Shown here: positions 63,101 to 64,000 of the stretch, one piece after another
Numbering within the stretch: the first letter of the stretch is position 1
How the letters are laid out: every line of letters begins with the position of its first letter
Source of the DNA: Candidatus Hydrogenedentota bacterium
GTDB lineage: Bacteria; Hydrogenedentota; Hydrogenedentia; Hydrogenedentales; SLHB01
Direction of reading: 5' to 3'
DNA: 64,000 nucleotides
Assembly: GCA_045863295.1 (NCBI GenBank)
Contig: BTWA01000008.1
Span: 144,384-208,383, forward strand
The notes under the pieces: model-generated
What the model saw: the letters and a program-made list of their open reading frames with translations, nothing else
Databases searched by the model: none
What the model was told of the DNA's origin: nothing
Program-made: the position numbers and the translations under genes

Positions 63101-63953
63101 CATATATTGGCGTAACGACGACGGTTTTTTTGGGGAAGGCGATGCGTCCGGAGATTCACTTTTGGAGTTTATCGCGCCTGAGGACGGCGAGTACACCGTA
63201 CGTTTGAAGGATGCAAGCGAAGGCGGCGGACCGGACTATGGGTATCGTTTGACGCTTCGAGCCCCCGCGCCTGACTTTGAATTCTTTCCAGGATTGTTTC
63301 GCATCAACATCGCCCCCGGCAGCCGCATTCCTCTGGATGTGCGAGTGCGGCGGGAAGAGGGGTTCAATGAGCCGGTGAAGATATCGGTACACGATTTGCC
63401 GGAAGGCATTTCCATCGAATCCGACACGGTGCTCGCGGGCGAGGAACGGGTTAAGCTCGCAGTCGTGGCATCGCCAGAGGCGAAATCTACACCACTGGAT
63501 GCAACCTTTCGAGTCACGGCCGAGACCACCATCAACGGTCAAAGCGTGATGAAGGAATCGCGTATTGGCGCGATCACGGTGAGCGCGAAACAGCCCGATC
63601 TCATTGTAAACAACGGAGTGCCTGCATTAACGATAAAGCCGGGCGAGTCCGGCGTCATCGCGGTTTCGCTGGATCGGTTCAACGGTTTCACCAGCCGGTC
63701 TCCCATCGATGTCTTGAATCTTCCCTTTGGCGTGAGGGTGCTGGATACCGGACTCAACGGCATACTGGTGCGCGAAGGCGAGACGGAAAGGCGAATGGAA
63801 TTGTACGTGGAGCCGTGGGTGAAGCCTATGACACGGAATATCTACATTCAATCCACCATCGAGACGCCGTCATCGGCCAGTCCCGTATTTATCGGGGACG
63901 CCATCGCGTTGACCATTACTGAGGCCGGCGATCCGAAGGTTGCGGCAAACTAG
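60186..63953 (+). CDS. Planctomycete-type cytochrome c + WD40 + PPC-domain protein
   Basis: CAGCH...MPP...WIEQGA; about 7 WD40 repeats; ETEPNN, GDVDRF, SRLGSPLDS. Confidence 0.9.
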   Translation: MIRLERVLRRFFAISVTVCAASAFADDIVFERDIAPIFAKACAGCHSPKSETLKGKLDVTSVELLLKGGESGPAIVPGKPGESYLIALIEQTEEPVMPPKKNGNPLAPDQIALIRKWIEQGAKGDGSAIPVTGIPADTPPQDITPEAEASPSPASISAAAFSPVLGDSLLALGTLHDVILYRVMDGGKRVERKSVLAGHAEMVRTLAFSPDGALLAAAGGRPGRSGEIKVWNVSTGELVRTIEGHDDNILDIAFSPDGSRLASASYDKTIGVWEVASGAQVHALKHHVDAVYSVAFSPDGTRIASGAGDRTVKIWDAATGVMQMTLADSLDAVYAVAFSPNGKHLAAAGADKMIRVWYLGSSDVILQSSLSSGILAGSTFAHNAAILQLLYSPDGTKIFTTSEDKHIKIWNSDTLTEIAGMEEQSDWVPALAINGDGSLLAAGRYDSTSGLYTVEGGQLIAAREAGTDFHAPKTAMKEGKLAALDVGAVIVRATVPPSLQSLSPDRWHRGSEVEVTIEGKNLAEAVPLASHPGIVPTVVEVIEHPEPDLEELAKQPRGTGAAIIDNARPYTVKLKLAIAADTPTGRHEILFRTPIGVTNGAGITVILQPDTGETEPNNTAEEAAAIAWPKVIIGQINPSGDVDRFKLEAKAGDEVVLAVTDSGLNTSLRVFDADGGMIADSKTFGDLRNNKAAFRAEKDGVYVVELADNELRAGLGYRLHVGQFPVVTEYWPLGVRAGVKQTVQVKGFNLPSDTLEVEPAAELAYGASVGLPISGVPGSPVELPAIAVGPYEESLEQQDNNSPATAQAVGFPYTVNGVIESAGDADCYRFPATKGQTILIETMASRLGSPLDSFVEIVDSEGNPVQRAVARCVAETYLVLSNRDSKSGGLRMDSWSDFRINDEVMVGNEIIRLSRLPDYPDEDVGFATYPNGQRIGLYGTTPQHQAVNAKVYRVEIHPPEAQFAPNGKPVVPIYWRNDDGFFGEGDASGDSLLEFIAPEDGEYTVRLKDASEGGGPDYGYRLTLRAPAPDFEFFPGLFRINIAPGSRIPLDVRVRREEGFNEPVKISVHDLPEGISIESDTVLAGEERVKLAVVASPEAKSTPLDATFRVTAETTINGQSVMKESRIGAITVSAKQPDLIVNNGVPALTIKPGESGVIAVSLDRFNGFTSRSPIDVLNLPFGVRVLDTGLNGILVREGETERRMELYVEPWVKPMTRNIYIQSTIETPSSASPVFIGDAIALTITEAGDPKVAAN

Positions 63954-64000
63954 ACAATTTTAACTTTTTATACCTACGACACAGTGCCGAAAGTAACCTG

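Overview
Gene-dense bacterial chromosomal window, GC-rich by eye. The gene content (DUF1501/DUF1549-DUF1553/cytochrome c-WD40 cluster, Tat Gfo/Idh/MocA enzymes, HEAT-repeat and DUF1080 proteins, ELWxxDGT protein) suggests a PVC-like or Candidatus Hydrogenedentes-like organism; that is inference only. The left 18 kb is the most interesting part. It holds a >2,140-aa secreted protein missed by the ORF track (9 PPC-like repeats, NHL propellers, clan CD C13/legumain-like peptidase), a Ser/Thr kinase-TPR-WD40 gene, and a divergent membrane Ser/Thr kinase > FHA-GAF-sigma54 activator > ELWxxDGT operon. The two leftward genes have consensus sigma54 promoters with identical architecture: tandem TGTYCA-N5-TGRAC palindromes 22 bp apart, 95 bp upstream, plus a shared TAAGT element. 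This outlines a probable receptor-kinase/FHA-enhancer regulon. The rest of the window has cheX-cheY plus a truncated cheY, a czcCBA-type efflux operon, two oxidoreductase/HEAT pairs (one frameshifted), duplicated discoidin-like genes, nucleotide-sugar and GT-C glycosylation genes, hydrolases and a planctomycete-type DUF1501 cluster. I saw no rRNA, tRNA, CRISPR array or mobile element.
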